Source of the DNA: Sarcophilus harrisii
Taxonomy: Eukaryota
DNA length: 64,000 bases
NCBI GenBank assembly: GCA_048593225.1
Contig: CM109176.1
Location: 477,435,429-477,499,428 of the forward strand
Direction of reading: 5' to 3'
Of the stretch, positions 38,408 through 50,900 are shown one piece after another (within the stretch, counting starts at the first letter, position 1; the number at the start of each line of letters is the position of its first letter). The position numbers were made by a program, and so were the translations under genes. The notes below the pieces were generated by a model, which saw nothing but the letters and a program-made list of their open reading frames with translations, was not told the origin of the DNA and made no database searches.

Positions 38408-38488
38408 CTCATGTTTTGTTTCATCCTCATGAAGTATTCCATCTTCATAATCTCTGATGATAGCTCTAGCTGTTAGCTTGTGAAGCAT
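38408..38488 (-). CDS. Coding exon translating MLHKLTARAIIRDYEDGILHEDETKHE, phase 0 to 0.
   Basis: The acceptor is 'tttgctcctaaaatgtag|ATG' and the donor is 'CATGAG|gtttgt'. Together with the previous exon, 'YGFIPHCTQ|MLHKLTARAI' aligns to VWA5A 'FGIGEGTSTSLIKGIARASGG' and to ITIH 'LARRIHEDSDS'. Confidence 0.55.
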
Positions 38489-38559
38489 CTACATTTTAGG
38501 AGCAAAAGAAAACACATAATTTCTTTGATTACTATTTTACCTTCTAGACTTTTTATATA

Positions 38560-38712
38560 TTTATTTTTTTGCTGAAGCAATTGGAGTTAAGTGACTTGCC
38601 CAGGGTTACACAACTAGGAAATGTTAAGTGTCTGAAACTAAATTTGAAGTCAGGTCCTCCTGACGTCAGAGCTGGTGGGTCTATCCATTGTGCCACCTAG
38701 CTGCCCCAACCT
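38560..38712 (-). mobile_element. tRNA-derived SINE.
   Basis: It contains 'gctgaagcaattggagttaagtgacttgcccagggttacacaactaggaaatgttaagtgtctgaaactaaatttgaagtcaggtcctcctgacgtcagagctggtgggtctatccattgtgccacctagctgcccc'. Confidence 0.9.
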
Positions 38713-39179
38713 TCTTGACTTTTTAAAAGTCATTAATTAATTTCCTTAGTTCCTTAATTTGATTATTCTTTATTATAAGCAAGTAGCAGATTTGTCTCTA
38801 ACATATCCAAAGGTAGGAGGATATCTGCCCAAATGTTCTCTGAGGAAAGAGAAAACAGTGTAACCTAAAGATTCTTTTCCCTCTCTTTAAAAGTTATTCA
38901 TAAAAAGAATTGACTTTAAGAAATTACTTAGATGGCCCTTAGTATGCTTTTTGTTTTGTTTTGTTTTCAAAGTAATACTATACTTTTATTTATTTATTTA
39001 AAATTTTTAAATTAAAATTTATTTTTAATCATCAATAAATCTGCTTTGTCTCCTTTCACCTTCATCCCTCCAAAGTGAGAAAGAAAGAAAAACAAATTCC
39101 CTATTATAAACATGTTAAGCAAAACAAATTCCTATATTGGTCAAGTAAAAAAAATATTTACACTCTGAATACATCATCT

Positions 39180-40140
39180 ATCAAGAGGTAGATAACACTT
39201 CATCATGGATTCCTTTGGAATCACAATTCTATATTACACTGATCAGAGTTCTTAATACTCAAAATTATTTGATTTTTCAATACTACTCTCAGTTCTCTCA
39301 GTATACTTGGTTCTGCTCACTTCACTCTGCATGATTCACATAAACCTTCCTAAGTTTATCTGAAACCATCCCCTTCAACATTTCTTATAATAGGATATTC
39401 CATCATTATTATAAATTGTAACATTCTCAGCCATTTCCAAATTGATGGGCACACTTTCAATTTCCAATTCTTTACCACCACCAAAAGAGTTGTTATGAAT
39501 ATTTTTGGGTATCTTTAAAGTTTGTTTTGTTTTGAACTACTCTTTTCCTTAACTTACACTCTACACCTATGCCATTTTTTTACATTTGTTTTTAAATTTT
39601 TCTGTCCCTTATCACACTCACAATTAAGTAACCATTTGTGGTTATGCAAAACATTTCCATATAAGTCAAGTTGTAAAAAAAAAAAAAAACCCCACAGCTT
39701 TCTCATCCTAATGAAAATAAAAACTCTCAAAAAATTAAGTTAAAAAAAGAGAGATAAAGAGACAAAGAATGCTTCAATCTGAATTCAGACACAATCAATT
39801 TTTTCTCTCAGTATGGATAGGATTTTTCATCATAAATTCCTCAAAGTAGCACTATGTGGATGATTGTGCTACTGAGAATAGCAAAGTCATTTATAGATGG
39901 TCAACCCAAAACACTGCTCTTACTTTGTATACAATACATTTTACTTTGCTTAAATTCATGGAGGATTTTCCAGGTGTTTTTTTTTCTGAGGGCATCCATA
40001 GAATTTATCCATAGAATAATTATATTCCATCATAAACACATACTTCAGTTTACTGAGCCATTCCCTAACTGATGGGCATCCCCTCAATTTCCAATTTTTT
40101 TGCCTTGAGACTGCTAAGAATATTTTTGTACAAATAGGTA
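39180..40140 (+). mobile_element. Two partial L1 ORF2 C-terminal fragments.
   Basis: A repeated segment reads '...ccatttccaaattgatgggcacactttcaatttccaattctttaccaccaccaaaagagttgttatgaatatttttg' and '...gagccattccctaactgatgggcatcccctcaatttccaattttt', the L1 'PFP..IDGHLG.FQFF' region. Confidence 0.7.
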
Positions 40141-40289
40141 ATTTCCTTTTTTTTTAAATTTTGAATCTCTTTTGGTATTCTTAAGGATATGCATGAAATT
40201 ATAGTCCTTAGGGCACAGATCATATCTTTTGCTCATTTATCAAGTCGGAGCATGGCTCTTATTTTTTTTAAAGTGTTTGACTCGTTTTA

Positions 40290-42200
40290 ATATTACTTAT
40301 TGGGGGAGCAGAGCCAAGATGGTAGAGAAGACACACAGGTCTATCTAAGCTCTCCTTTATCCTCACATTACTTTTTTTATGAAACAGCCTCAGAATTAGT
40401 GCTTATTTGTCAAAACCCACGAATATTGGGAATATAACACATTATCAACAGAAGATAATCTTGAAATTCGCCAGAAAAGGTCTGTTTTTGCTTACTGGAG
40501 GGGACCTAGGCCAGGCACAGAATCATAGGCAGTGAAAGCCAATTAAACAGCTCACACTGAGCAGACCAAAGGGGGGCAAGGTGTGATCTTTGGTAGTGGA
40601 AAATTTGTGGGGAGAACTTTACCACAGTATTAACTACTCTGCTCTGGCAGCAAACCAGTAGATCAGTGGAGAGGCGATAAACACAGTGGGTAAAGATTGT
40701 GACCCCAAAGGCTAGAATCTCTTGGGGCTGGCCACATCAACCCAGCACCAGGAGGGATTCAGCCCTTTCTCAGTGTGCAACCGCTGACCCCAGCACAGAT
40801 GCTAATCTTCGTGCAGACGCCAATCTCAGTGTAGATGCTGATCCCAGGATAGCCATTGCTGTCCCACTGCAGCTTCACTGCTACTTCCTGTGGTCTGTTG
40901 AGGAAGCTTAGTAACACCACACTGCCCCAAAAGTAGACTGCAGTTTGTTTGTTTTTGTTTTTGTTTTTGTTTTTTTGTCAAAATGAGTAAAAAGGCAAAG
41001 TGGGCTCTAACTATAGATAGCTTCTATACTGAAAGAGAGCAGATTTCAAATCCTGAGGAGACTAAAAGCAGATTGTCTCCAGATGAAGCCCCAAATGGTG
41101 ATATATTCTGGTCCCCATCACACAAGGCTCTCATAGAAAAAAATTAAAAAGGCTTTCACAAGAGAGCTAGAAGAAAAATGGGGAAAGGAAAGGGAAGTTT
41201 TGCAAGAGGGTCTGGATAAGGCATCCTACTCATTAAAAGATAGAGTAAATAGAGAAATCAACTCCCTAAAAAACAGAATTAGTGAAATGGAAAAAGAAAA
41301 TAGTTCTCTAAAAAATAAAATTGGCAAAATGGAAAAAAATTCCATAGAACAAAACAGCTCAATTAAAAAACTCAATAAAAAAAGTAAATGAGGAAAATAA
41401 TTCATTAAAAATCAAAATTGAACAAATGGAAATGAATGACTTGAAGAGATACCAAGAATCAGTCAAGCAAAACCAAAAAAATAGAAAAATAGAAAAAAAG
41501 TGTTAAATAATTACTTGGGAAAACAACATATGTGGAAAATAGATCTAGGAGATATAATCTAAGGATTATTGGACTCCCTGAAAATCATGATAAAAAAGAG
41601 CCTAGACACTATTTTTCAGGAAATCATCAAAGAGAACTGCCCAGATGTTAAATAGACATTGAAAATGTAAAATAGACATTGAAAGAATTCATTGATCACC
41701 TACTAAAAGAGATCTTAAAATCAAAACTCCAAGAAATATTGTGACTAAATTCCAGAACTATCAAACCAAGTTAAAAATACTACAAGCACCTAGAAAAAAG
41801 GAATTCAAATACAGAGGAGGCACAATAAGGATTATTTAGGATCTAGGAGCGTCCACATTAAAGGATCAAAGGGCCTGGCATTTGGTATTCCAAAAGGCTA
41901 AGGAACTTGATATGCAACCAAGAATAACTTACCCAGACAAAATGAGCATTTTCTTCCAGGGAAGAAGATGGACATTCAATGAAATAGGTGAATTCCATCT
42001 ATTTCTGATGAAAAAAACCGGAACTAAATAAAAAATATGACCTCCTAATACTATGCTATGTACCAGTACCTAAATAGGTGAATAAAATGTGGGTTTCTCA
42101 ATATACTACTATTAAAACTAAATGTTTATAGGTTTAGAAAAATGAGCTCATCTGTCCAGATAATTACTTCCCTGAGTTACTTAGATTTTAATATGAAACT
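40290..42200 (+). mobile_element. L1 5' portion: 5'UTR plus ORF1 (coiled-coil and RRM).
   Basis: It starts 'gggggagcagagccaagatggtagag'. The ORF 41200..41391 reads 'MQEGLDKASYSLKDRVNREINSLKNRISEMEKENSSLKNKIGKMEKN...', an L1 ORF1p coiled coil. Downstream is '...IIGLPENHDKKKSLDTIFQEIIKENCPDV'. Confidence 0.8.
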
Positions 42201-42269
42201 GAAATTAAAATATTAAATATACAGCGTATATAAAATGACTATATGTTTGTTAAAATATAAAATTATGGG

Positions 42270-42385
42270 GGCAGCTAGATGCTGCAGTGGCCCTGAGTTC
42301 AAATACAGCCTCCGACAATTACTACTCACTAGCTGTATGACCTTGAGCAAGTAACTTAACCCTAATTGTCTCACAAAAAAATTAT
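42270..42385 (+). mobile_element. tRNA-derived SINE.
   Basis: It contains 'gggggcagctagatgctgcagtggccctgagttcaaatacagcctccgacaattactactcactagctgtatgaccttgagcaagtaacttaaccctaattgtctcac'. Confidence 0.9.
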
Positions 42386-42773
42386 GAAAATTGATTACTA
42401 TCACAAGCATATATATGAAATGATGAATCTTACAGTTCCAGTTGTTTTCTGTAGTTCAGTAGTTGATACCATTGTCTGAAATTCCCTCTCTTGAATTAAA
42501 GCATTTAGGATAGCCTGAAGGACATTAAAATAAAAGAGAAAGCTAATTACTTTTTAGAACTCCACATTCCCAACCCCTTAGTTACTGATACCTTTAGCAG
42601 TGATAATACTAACGATTAACAATTAACCATCTGCCAAGTGAAGAAAGAAGCAAAAATCACTTTTCCTTAGTTGTAAAACATATTCATCAAAGGGGAGAGT
42701 TTTAAAACAAGCCATGTATTAGTTGGTTAAATATTCAAACATACAACCTGTGCTTCTTTGGACCACTCCATAC

Positions 42774-42910
42774 CTGTGTACAATGAGGAATGAATCCATA
42801 CACAAGCAGCCTATCATTATTGAATAAGGCCTGGATTTGTGTGGGAGCCTGCATGGGCTCTGGTGAATTTAAATTCAATTGTTGCCATTTAACAGACACA
42901 GAGCTGCATC
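42774..42910 (-). CDS. Coding exon continuing the VWA domain. It translates (R)CSSVSVKWQQLNLNSPEPMQAPTQIQALFNNDRLLVYGFIPHCTQ, phase 1 to 0.
   Basis: The acceptor is 'tattttctccag|GA' and the donor is 'ACACAG|gtatgg'. Its phase-1 start fits the phase-1 end of the 54.6-kb exon. Across the junction, 'FGTRCSSVSVKWQQ' matches VWA5A 'FGSSYEACFPESVKYTQQ'. Confidence 0.65.
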
Positions 42911-44879
42911 CTGGAGAAAATATTCTTGTCATCTGGTCTTCAATCTATTTAAAAAGGAAAAAAATACATTAGATCTTGATTTTACTTCACAAAAAAGAAC
43001 TTTCATGCTAAATTTAACATTTATAGTTTTTCCTTCTTGTTCTATACAGAATGAAAACTTTGGGGTAAATTTGACAAATGCCCCCTTAAAATGAGTCCAT
43101 TATCAGTGTTACCCACTTTACATATGCAAAGGTAACTTCAATGCCTCTAGTGGGCATTAATTTCTCTAGTGGGCCTTTAGTAGGCAATCTTCACATCATC
43201 TTTTAATTACAATATTCATTCTAATAATACAAGTATTATACAACTTCATATTGTTTGTATATTGAACATTATGAACCAGCAGTTTTCAGCTGTTTTTATG
43301 GTAAAATTAATCGATTTTTATGGTGGGCTTTTTTTTTATTTGCTTAATTTTTCCATCCTTTTTCCTGACTGTAATTTTTATGTTAGGTGAGGCTATGTGC
43401 TCTTACAGAGAGAATGTCTGTAAGGTTACTTAGTATTTCTGTACATATATAAGATTTAGGGGTAGAAAGGATGTGAGAGATCATTTCTAGATCAACCCCT
43501 TCATTCTACTGAGTGGGAAATTGAGGTTCAAAAAGTGACATGCCCAAGGTCATATAAGCAAAAGGAGTAAGATTTGGACCCAGGTCTTATGACACCCAAA
43601 CAGGTTATCTTTTCATGGTATCACCATTTAGGCCAAATGATTACTAAGGTTCTTTCTAGACCTAAACTTCTGTGATACTGAAGCAGATGATTCAGGGCAT
43701 TCACCTAAAGACTATTCTTCCCCCTATCAGATTTCCATTTCATTCTTTCTCCTACAGAGAAGAAAAGAAAATTTGGTTAACCTTTATTTTTCTGGATAAT
43801 AATAGTCTAGTCTCTATTTTATTTAATTTTTCTCTTAGGACTATCCTGTTCTAAACACAAAAAAAAGAACATCTCATTTTTTCAAAACATAAAAAAATTT
43901 AAATTGAATTTTATTTTTATACTTGACTAAAAGAGCCCAAACTTCCAAAATTAGAAAAGTGATCCTAATCATAGTCATAAGTTACATTTACATAGGGCTT
44001 TGAAAACTGATAAAGTGCTATTCTAACAAGATCCTTTAAATATGATGATTCCCATTTTATAGATGAGGAAACAGCAGTTCAATGAGTTTACAAAGTTGTC
44101 AGATCTGGAATTTAGTCCCAGGATTTCTGATCACAGGATCATAGATATAGTAAGAAGGCCTTGAGAAGCTATCTAATTCTTTTTCCTTCATGTGGAAATT
44201 AAAAGTGATAGATATAAAGGTGAAAGGGACCTTTAGCTCCTTTTAGTTGAATCCCTTCAATTTTTAGCTGAGGAAATTGAGGTTCAGGGAAGTTTAATTA
44301 ACTTGTTCACCCTGCCAGTCTCAGAAGCAGAAGCCCCCAATCAGGGCTCTTTCCATTATATTACCATGCTTCCTTCCTTATTCCTAGGCAAGACCTCTTG
44401 CCCTTTTACTAGAGTGTGGAATGTCCACCCACAGGATAAGGCCCTGGAAATCATTTACTGAGGCAACTACAGGCAATGATGAGCTGAAAAGCTAGGTACA
44501 ACAACCTCCCACTGCTTGAGTTCTCTAAAGATGATAATTTTGTAGGGCCTGTAAATTATGTTATAAATATCCAAACAGCCCTTGGCAGAAAAAAAAGTTC
44601 CCCAGTCCTGCCTTATATGAATCATAATGGACTCCACAATCCTTTTTTATGGTTATAAGTATAATTACTGAGTAATAAAAATTGATTTTTGGTTTTTTTT
44701 TCAAGGAACTCTAGTATATATTTTATTATAAACTTATTGTTTGCTAGGTATCAAACCAGAAAATTGAGGTGTGAAGAGAAAAACAAATACAAAACAAGAA
44801 CAAGAATGTTAAGAAAAATAAGAACCTTGCTTTCAAAGAATATACATTCTTGAATAAATGAAATGCGTCTCTTGTCTGA

Positions 44880-46300
44880 TTATTTTATTCTATCATGTGA
44901 CCAGATCACTGGGTTTTCTTTTTTTTTTATCTTCCTTACTTCTTCTTTAAGATGCAGAGTCAAAAACCCAAAGATCCTAACTTTTGGGATAAGAATTCAT
45001 TATTTGACAAAAAAATTGGAAATTATTACGGCAGAAATTAGGCATGGACCCACACTTAACATCATATACCACGATAAGATCAAAATGGGTCCATGATTTA
45101 GACATAAAGAACGAGATTATAAATAAATTGGAGGAACATAGGATAGTTTATCTCTCAGACTTGTGGAGGAGGAAGAAATTTGTGACCTAAGATGAACTAG
45201 AGACCATTATTGATCACAAAATATAAAATTTTGATTACATCAAATTAAAAAGCTTCTGTACAAACAAAACTAATGCAAACGAGATTAGAAGGGAAGCAAC
45301 AAACTGGGAAAACATTTTTATAGTCAAAGGTTCTGATAAAGGCCTGATGAAATTGAAACTATTACCACTCATATGAAAGTGTTCCAAATCACTATTGATC
45401 AGAGAAATACAAATTAAGACAATTCTGAGATACCACTACACACCTGTCAGATTGGCTAAGATGACAGGAAAAAATAATGATGATTGTTGGAGGGGATGCG
45501 GGAAAACTGGGACACTGATACATTGTTGGTGGAGTTGTGAATGAATCCAACCATTCTGGAGAGCAATCTGGAATTATGCCCCAAAAGTTATCAAACTGTG
45601 CATACCCTTTGACCCAGCAGTGCTACTACTAGGCTTATACCCCAAGGAGATACTAAAGAAGGGAAAGGGACCTGTATGTGCCAAAATGTTTGTGGCAGCC
45701 CTGTTAGTAGTGGCTAGAAACTGGAAAATGGATGCCCATCAATTGGAGAATGGTTGGGTAAATTGTGGTATATGAATGTTATGGAATATTATTGTTCTGT
45801 AAGAAATGACCAGCAGGATGAATACAGAGAGGCTTGGAGAGACTTACATGAACTGATGCTAAGTGAAATGAGCAGAACCAGGACATCATTATATACGTCA
45901 ACAACGATACTGTATGAAGATGTACTCTGATGGAAGTGGATTTCTTTGACAAAGAGACCTAATTCAGTTTCAATTGATGGACAGAAGCAGCTACACCCAA
46001 AGAAAAAAAAAACACTGGGAAATGAATGTAAACTGTTTGCATTTTTGTTTTTCTTCCCGAGTTATTTTTACCTTCTGAATCCAATTCTCCCTGTGCAACA
46101 AGAAAACTGTTTGGTTCTGCACACATACTTTGTATCTAGGATATACTATGACATATTCAACATATATATAGGACTGCTTGCCATCTAGGGGAGGGGGTGG
46201 AGGGTGGGAGGGAAAAATCGGAACAGAAGTGAGCACAAGGGATAATGTTGTAAAAAAATTCTGTCAATAAAAAGTTATTATAATAAAAAAAATTTTAAAA
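44880..46300 (+). mobile_element. L1 3' portion (ORF2 C-terminal third plus 3'UTR), with frame disruptions.
   Basis: It contains '...[111 protein letters not shown]...' and ends 'ctgtcaataaaaagttattataataaaaaaaattttaaaaaag'. Confidence 0.9.
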
Positions 46301-46619
46301 AAGATGCAGAGTCAAGAAGACCTACATTCAAATTCATTTAAAACATTTAATAGCTGTATGAACCTGAACTTTCTAGCCCCAATTTCCTTATTTGTAAAAA
46401 AAGATGAGATTTGGCTTTGACTCCATAGTCTCTTCCAGCTATAAATCTATAACCCTATGAGCCTTCTTCTTCTTTTTTTTTTTTTTTTAAATAAGGCACA
46501 TGAGAAGAGCAGAACAATTTTCTTTTTGGCCTGATTCCCTTTAGCAATAATATAAATAATATTTCTTAAGTATTCTAATTTTGGAAATTCTTGCTTATAA
46601 TCCACAAAACACACAATGT

Positions 46620-46800
46620 ATAATATGTTTTATTATAACTTTTTATTGACAGAACATATGCATGGGTAATTTTTCAACACTGACCTTTGCAAACACTTCT
46701 GTTCCAGCTTTTCCCTTCCTTCCTTCTATCCCCTCCCCTAGATGGCAGGCAGTGTCATACATGTTAAACATGTAAAACTGTTTTTTTTTTTTTTTAACAA
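46620..46800 (-). repeat. L1 3'-end fragment.
   Basis: It is the reverse complement of the L1 3'UTR: 'catgggtaatttttcaacactgacctttgcaaacac...cccctagatggcaggcagtgtcatacatgttaaacatg'. Confidence 0.7.
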
Positions 46801-47399
46801 ACCTGGGCCAATGATTATAATAATAACAAATGACACTCATGTACTGCTTTAAGATTTCCTTGTAAGTTTGCATGTAAGTTACCATTAAGTCCATTATTAT
46901 TCTCTTTATACACATGAGAACAACTGGAGCTCAGAGATTAGATGCTTGTCCAAGGTCACATGGCTAGTATCTCAGGTGGGATCCAAGTTTAGGTCTTCCT
47001 AACTCTATACACAGTATTCTATTCACTACATTAACATGGTGTCAGAACCCACAATTCAAATGGATGCTGTTTTGCAAAGCCTCTTCTTTGGGAAACTGCA
47101 TGTATTCCAATAATGCTGATATAACTTGGACTCATTGGAACTCACTCTGGAACAGCCTCAGTGCCAGTTCATAAGCCATGAAAAAGTCACGCATTGCTTC
47201 AGAGTCACATTTCATTTGTCACCCCAAAGAGAACCAGTCACCTTCTTTTCAGAAATGGCTTTGGATGACTTTTATTTTAAAATTATAAGTCTCTGTCATG
47301 TTAGAAACCTTAGTGTTATCTTTCCATTCTCACCCCTTCAACTCTCATAGCCAACCAGTGGTGGATTCTTATTAGTTCCATCTTTGAAAGTTCTCAAAT

Positions 47400-47900
47400 C
47401 CATTCTTTTTTCTCTATTTCCACAACTGTCATCCTAGTTCAGATTCCCATTACCAACCTTCTAAATATTACAAGGCTTCCTACTAAGACTTACCATTTCC
47501 ACTTCCTGTCTCTGATAATCCATCTATCACATGCTGCCAGTTATCTTTCTTGTATATAGATCTGATCATTTTATACAATGTGCAAGAATTAAGAGTTTTT
47601 CTTTTGCTTATTATTCAGAGTCTCTATATGTGGCACTTGCTTATTAGCCTTTCAGCCTTATCTAATATCACTCTTTCATGTACTCTATGTCCCAGTTATA
47701 CCACTCTATTTGCTGACCTCCAAACCTATCCCAGGCTTGCCCATTTCTCTACTCTGTGCTGTGGCTCATACTGTTCCCTATGTCTTACCAAGACTGAGAA
47801 TGTCTACCTGTTCTTTAAAGCCCAATTCAAAAGTCACTTTCTCTAGGAAACCTTCCCTGATTTGTTAGTAACCAGCTATCCTTCCGCTTCAGATGTGCGT
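47400..47900 (+). mobile_element. Mar1/MIR-type SINE fragment.
   Basis: Segments such as '...ctttaaagcccaattcaaaagtcactttctctaggaaaccttccctgatt...' match the Mar1-like copies at 12.3 and 14.3 kb. Confidence 0.55.
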
Positions 47901-50900
47901 AACACTTTGTTCCCTCATTGACTTAAGAGATTCTTCTGTCTTGTTACTTTTTTACATGGTATAGACTCCTCTTCCACTAAAATTCTCTTCTGATGATCAG
48001 CCATGATGTAGAGATAACTCTGGACTCTTGAAAATTGTGCGTGCTAAACTATACTAACCTTCCTCTTGAGCTGGAAATGCTTAAAATATGAGCCTAATGC
48101 TGGACTCAATAACACCAAGCATTAAGCCCTTCCAAATATGCTAGGATCTCTGCTGGATACTAGTGATACAAAAAATAAAATTGAGATAATCCCTGCCCTC
48201 AAGGAGTTTATATTTTACCAACGGATATAAGTAAAGACAAAATTAAAACAAAATAAATACAAAATAATTAGAAGAGTATTAACCACTTGGGGAATCAGGA
48301 AAAACCTGCTGAAGAATGTGGAACTTGAACTGAGCACTGAAGGGAGCTAGTGGCTCAAAGAGGTGACAGTAAAGAGGGAGAATATTCCAGACATTTGCTG
48401 GAGCAGCAAGGATAACAGAATGTTGTGAAAGAGGTATAGTAAGTGCATCAATGGAGCTTGAGTGTGTAGGGCAAGGAAGGGAATGATGGGGCACCAATCT
48501 ACCTATGTGTGCCAGTGCGAGAGAAAAAAGCCAGATTGTGGAATGGGGGTTTATATTAGTTCTGGTGGTAGTGGTAGAGAGCCACTGAAGATTCTTAAAC
48601 AGAAGAGTGATAGTTAGGATCTGTGCTTTAGAAATATTAATTTGATGGCTTTATGGAAGATGAATTAGAAAAGGAAGAGACTAGAGGAAGGGAGAAAAAT
48701 TAGAAAGCTCTTGAAATGGTCCCTGAGTAATGAGGCCCTGAATGAGAGGAACTCTGAAATGAACACAGAGAAAGGAACAGATGTGAGAGATACTGAGAAG
48801 GCAAATAAAAATGAGGAGTAAAGGGTGACTTCCAGGTTGCAAACCTGGATAGCTACAAGAATTCTGGTGTATTTGACAAAGGCAGGGAAATTAGAAGGAA
48901 GGGTAGGTTTAGAGAATGTAATGAAATTTGAGAAGTCCAGTCAGTGTTGGATATTTATTTAATAAGGATCAACACAGTTAAATGTAAAGATGTTCATCAG
49001 TGGAAGGTGAGCAAACAACTGATTTTTTGGCCATTTTTTTTTGACAACTCAGGATGACTATCTACCAAACAGATGAGGGGATGTGATCAGTGTCAGTGGA
49101 AAGAATTCTTACACCAAAGAAGTTAAGGATCTATAAAGGACTGAAGTTATAACTCCTTTCTCTCTATTAGACTACAAGACCTATGAGGCTAAGAACCACA
49201 GTTTATCTAAACTTTATTATCTTCTCCAGGTCTTAGCACAGTATAGAAAATTTAATAAATAAACATATATAGAATAGTTCGTTAATACATATTTGTGGAA
49301 CTAAATGGAATCTTTAGAAAAATGTCAGAAAACAAAGTTAAAAGTGACAGACTACATGAATGACATTTGTGAACATTTTGTAAGCATTTGTGGAATAAAA
49401 TTATTAAAGGACTAAAATTCTATTATTACTTAGATATTAGAACCCAGAGATCCATTTCACTGACTATTGTACAAGATTTCAAAACATATGTAATTATAAT
49501 ATTTCATATTCCCATAAGCATACTTGAAAAAAAGAATGAAAAGGCGAAGAAACTTGCCTGTTTTTTCCAACTATATTTAGATTTTGTGTTAAAGTATTCA
49601 AATGCTCCAGCACCGTACTGGGACAAAGTCCTTAGGATATGACGATTTGCTGTGGACCTGGTCAAATTTTAAAGATTTGTTTCAAAGATTTATGAAAATA
49701 ATTTCAAAAGTCTTTACAAATTAAAATGTCAACAAAAAAGTATGTGGTACTAACAGATAGTGCCATGCCCCCTGAATGGTTTTGGGATTTATAATTCAAA
49801 AGAAATAAAATAAAATATTAGAGAGAACATATGTAATTCAAATTCCTCAGACTAATGGATGGGCTGATCTTTTTCAACAAAGGAATTGAAAAGTAGTGAT
49901 AACAGATGGTCTTTTAGATCATATTTCTCTCTAAATAAGGACTAGTTTCTTTTCAACCAGAAGTAGAGGTGCAAATGAAATGATAATTGCCACTTACACC
50001 TACTCCCAAATAAGGCCTATGCTGAACCCAAATACCAAGGAAAAACAAACACCTTTTCCATCCCTCAATTTCTACAACCCTACTCATTCCTAATCTTCTC
50101 TAACCTATCTGACTTTTTAGTCTCCTTTGCTGATCTGCCATCTATTCTATGCTTTCTACTTAAAGAACTATCTCTGAGGCTCTTCTTTCTATAGTCTTTC
50201 CCCGGGGTATTTCCTCAGCTCTTACCGGTTCTTTTATGTTTTGGAAGTTACCTGTATAATCCATCTATTCTGTCCTAATTCCCTAATTTCCCTCCTACAT
50301 CACCTGTTGGCCTGTTGGCCACACTTCCTCCCCCTCCATTTTCCATTTACATAATGATTTTTCTAACACTTACCCAATGCCACATGTAAATAAGCGGGTG
50401 TGTCTAACATTTCTTTTTACAATCTGCAATGTCAGGCTCTTGTTCTGAATATGCCCATCAGACAGAAGAAGTATGCTGCGCATCCCTTGAGAAGGGTAGA
50501 GTAAGTTTAAAAAACGAAGGGTTTTCCAGAAGTCAGTATTTCCCATGGTAGGTGTAGCAGACTAGAAAAAAATTAAAAGAAAGTAGATTTTATAAACACT
50601 GTAAATTTGCTACTCAATATTTCTTTTTTGGAGCATGTTTCCTTTTTTAGAGAAGGGATCCCTAATTTTTTCATGAAAGATTTTTTAAAAAATGACATAT
50701 TTGCTACTTTGCCTGGGAATAAGAGGTAAACTAATATCATTCCATTTCTGCATTATGAACTTACAAAAAGTAGATTCTCACATTTCCTTTTAGACAACTA
50801 GAATATACAAGTATTTTCTTTGTGCCTAAATTAAATGAAAATGTTGTTTTGTTGTTTGTTTTTAATAGTTCATCATACACTTAACTTTAAATCTCCACAA

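Noticed and set aside
40699-40911. A 70-aa plus-strand ORF in a CpG-containing segment.
   Set aside because: It lies inside the L1 5'UTR and promoter region (40290–41000). It is not a host gene or a CpG-island promoter of the VWA gene.
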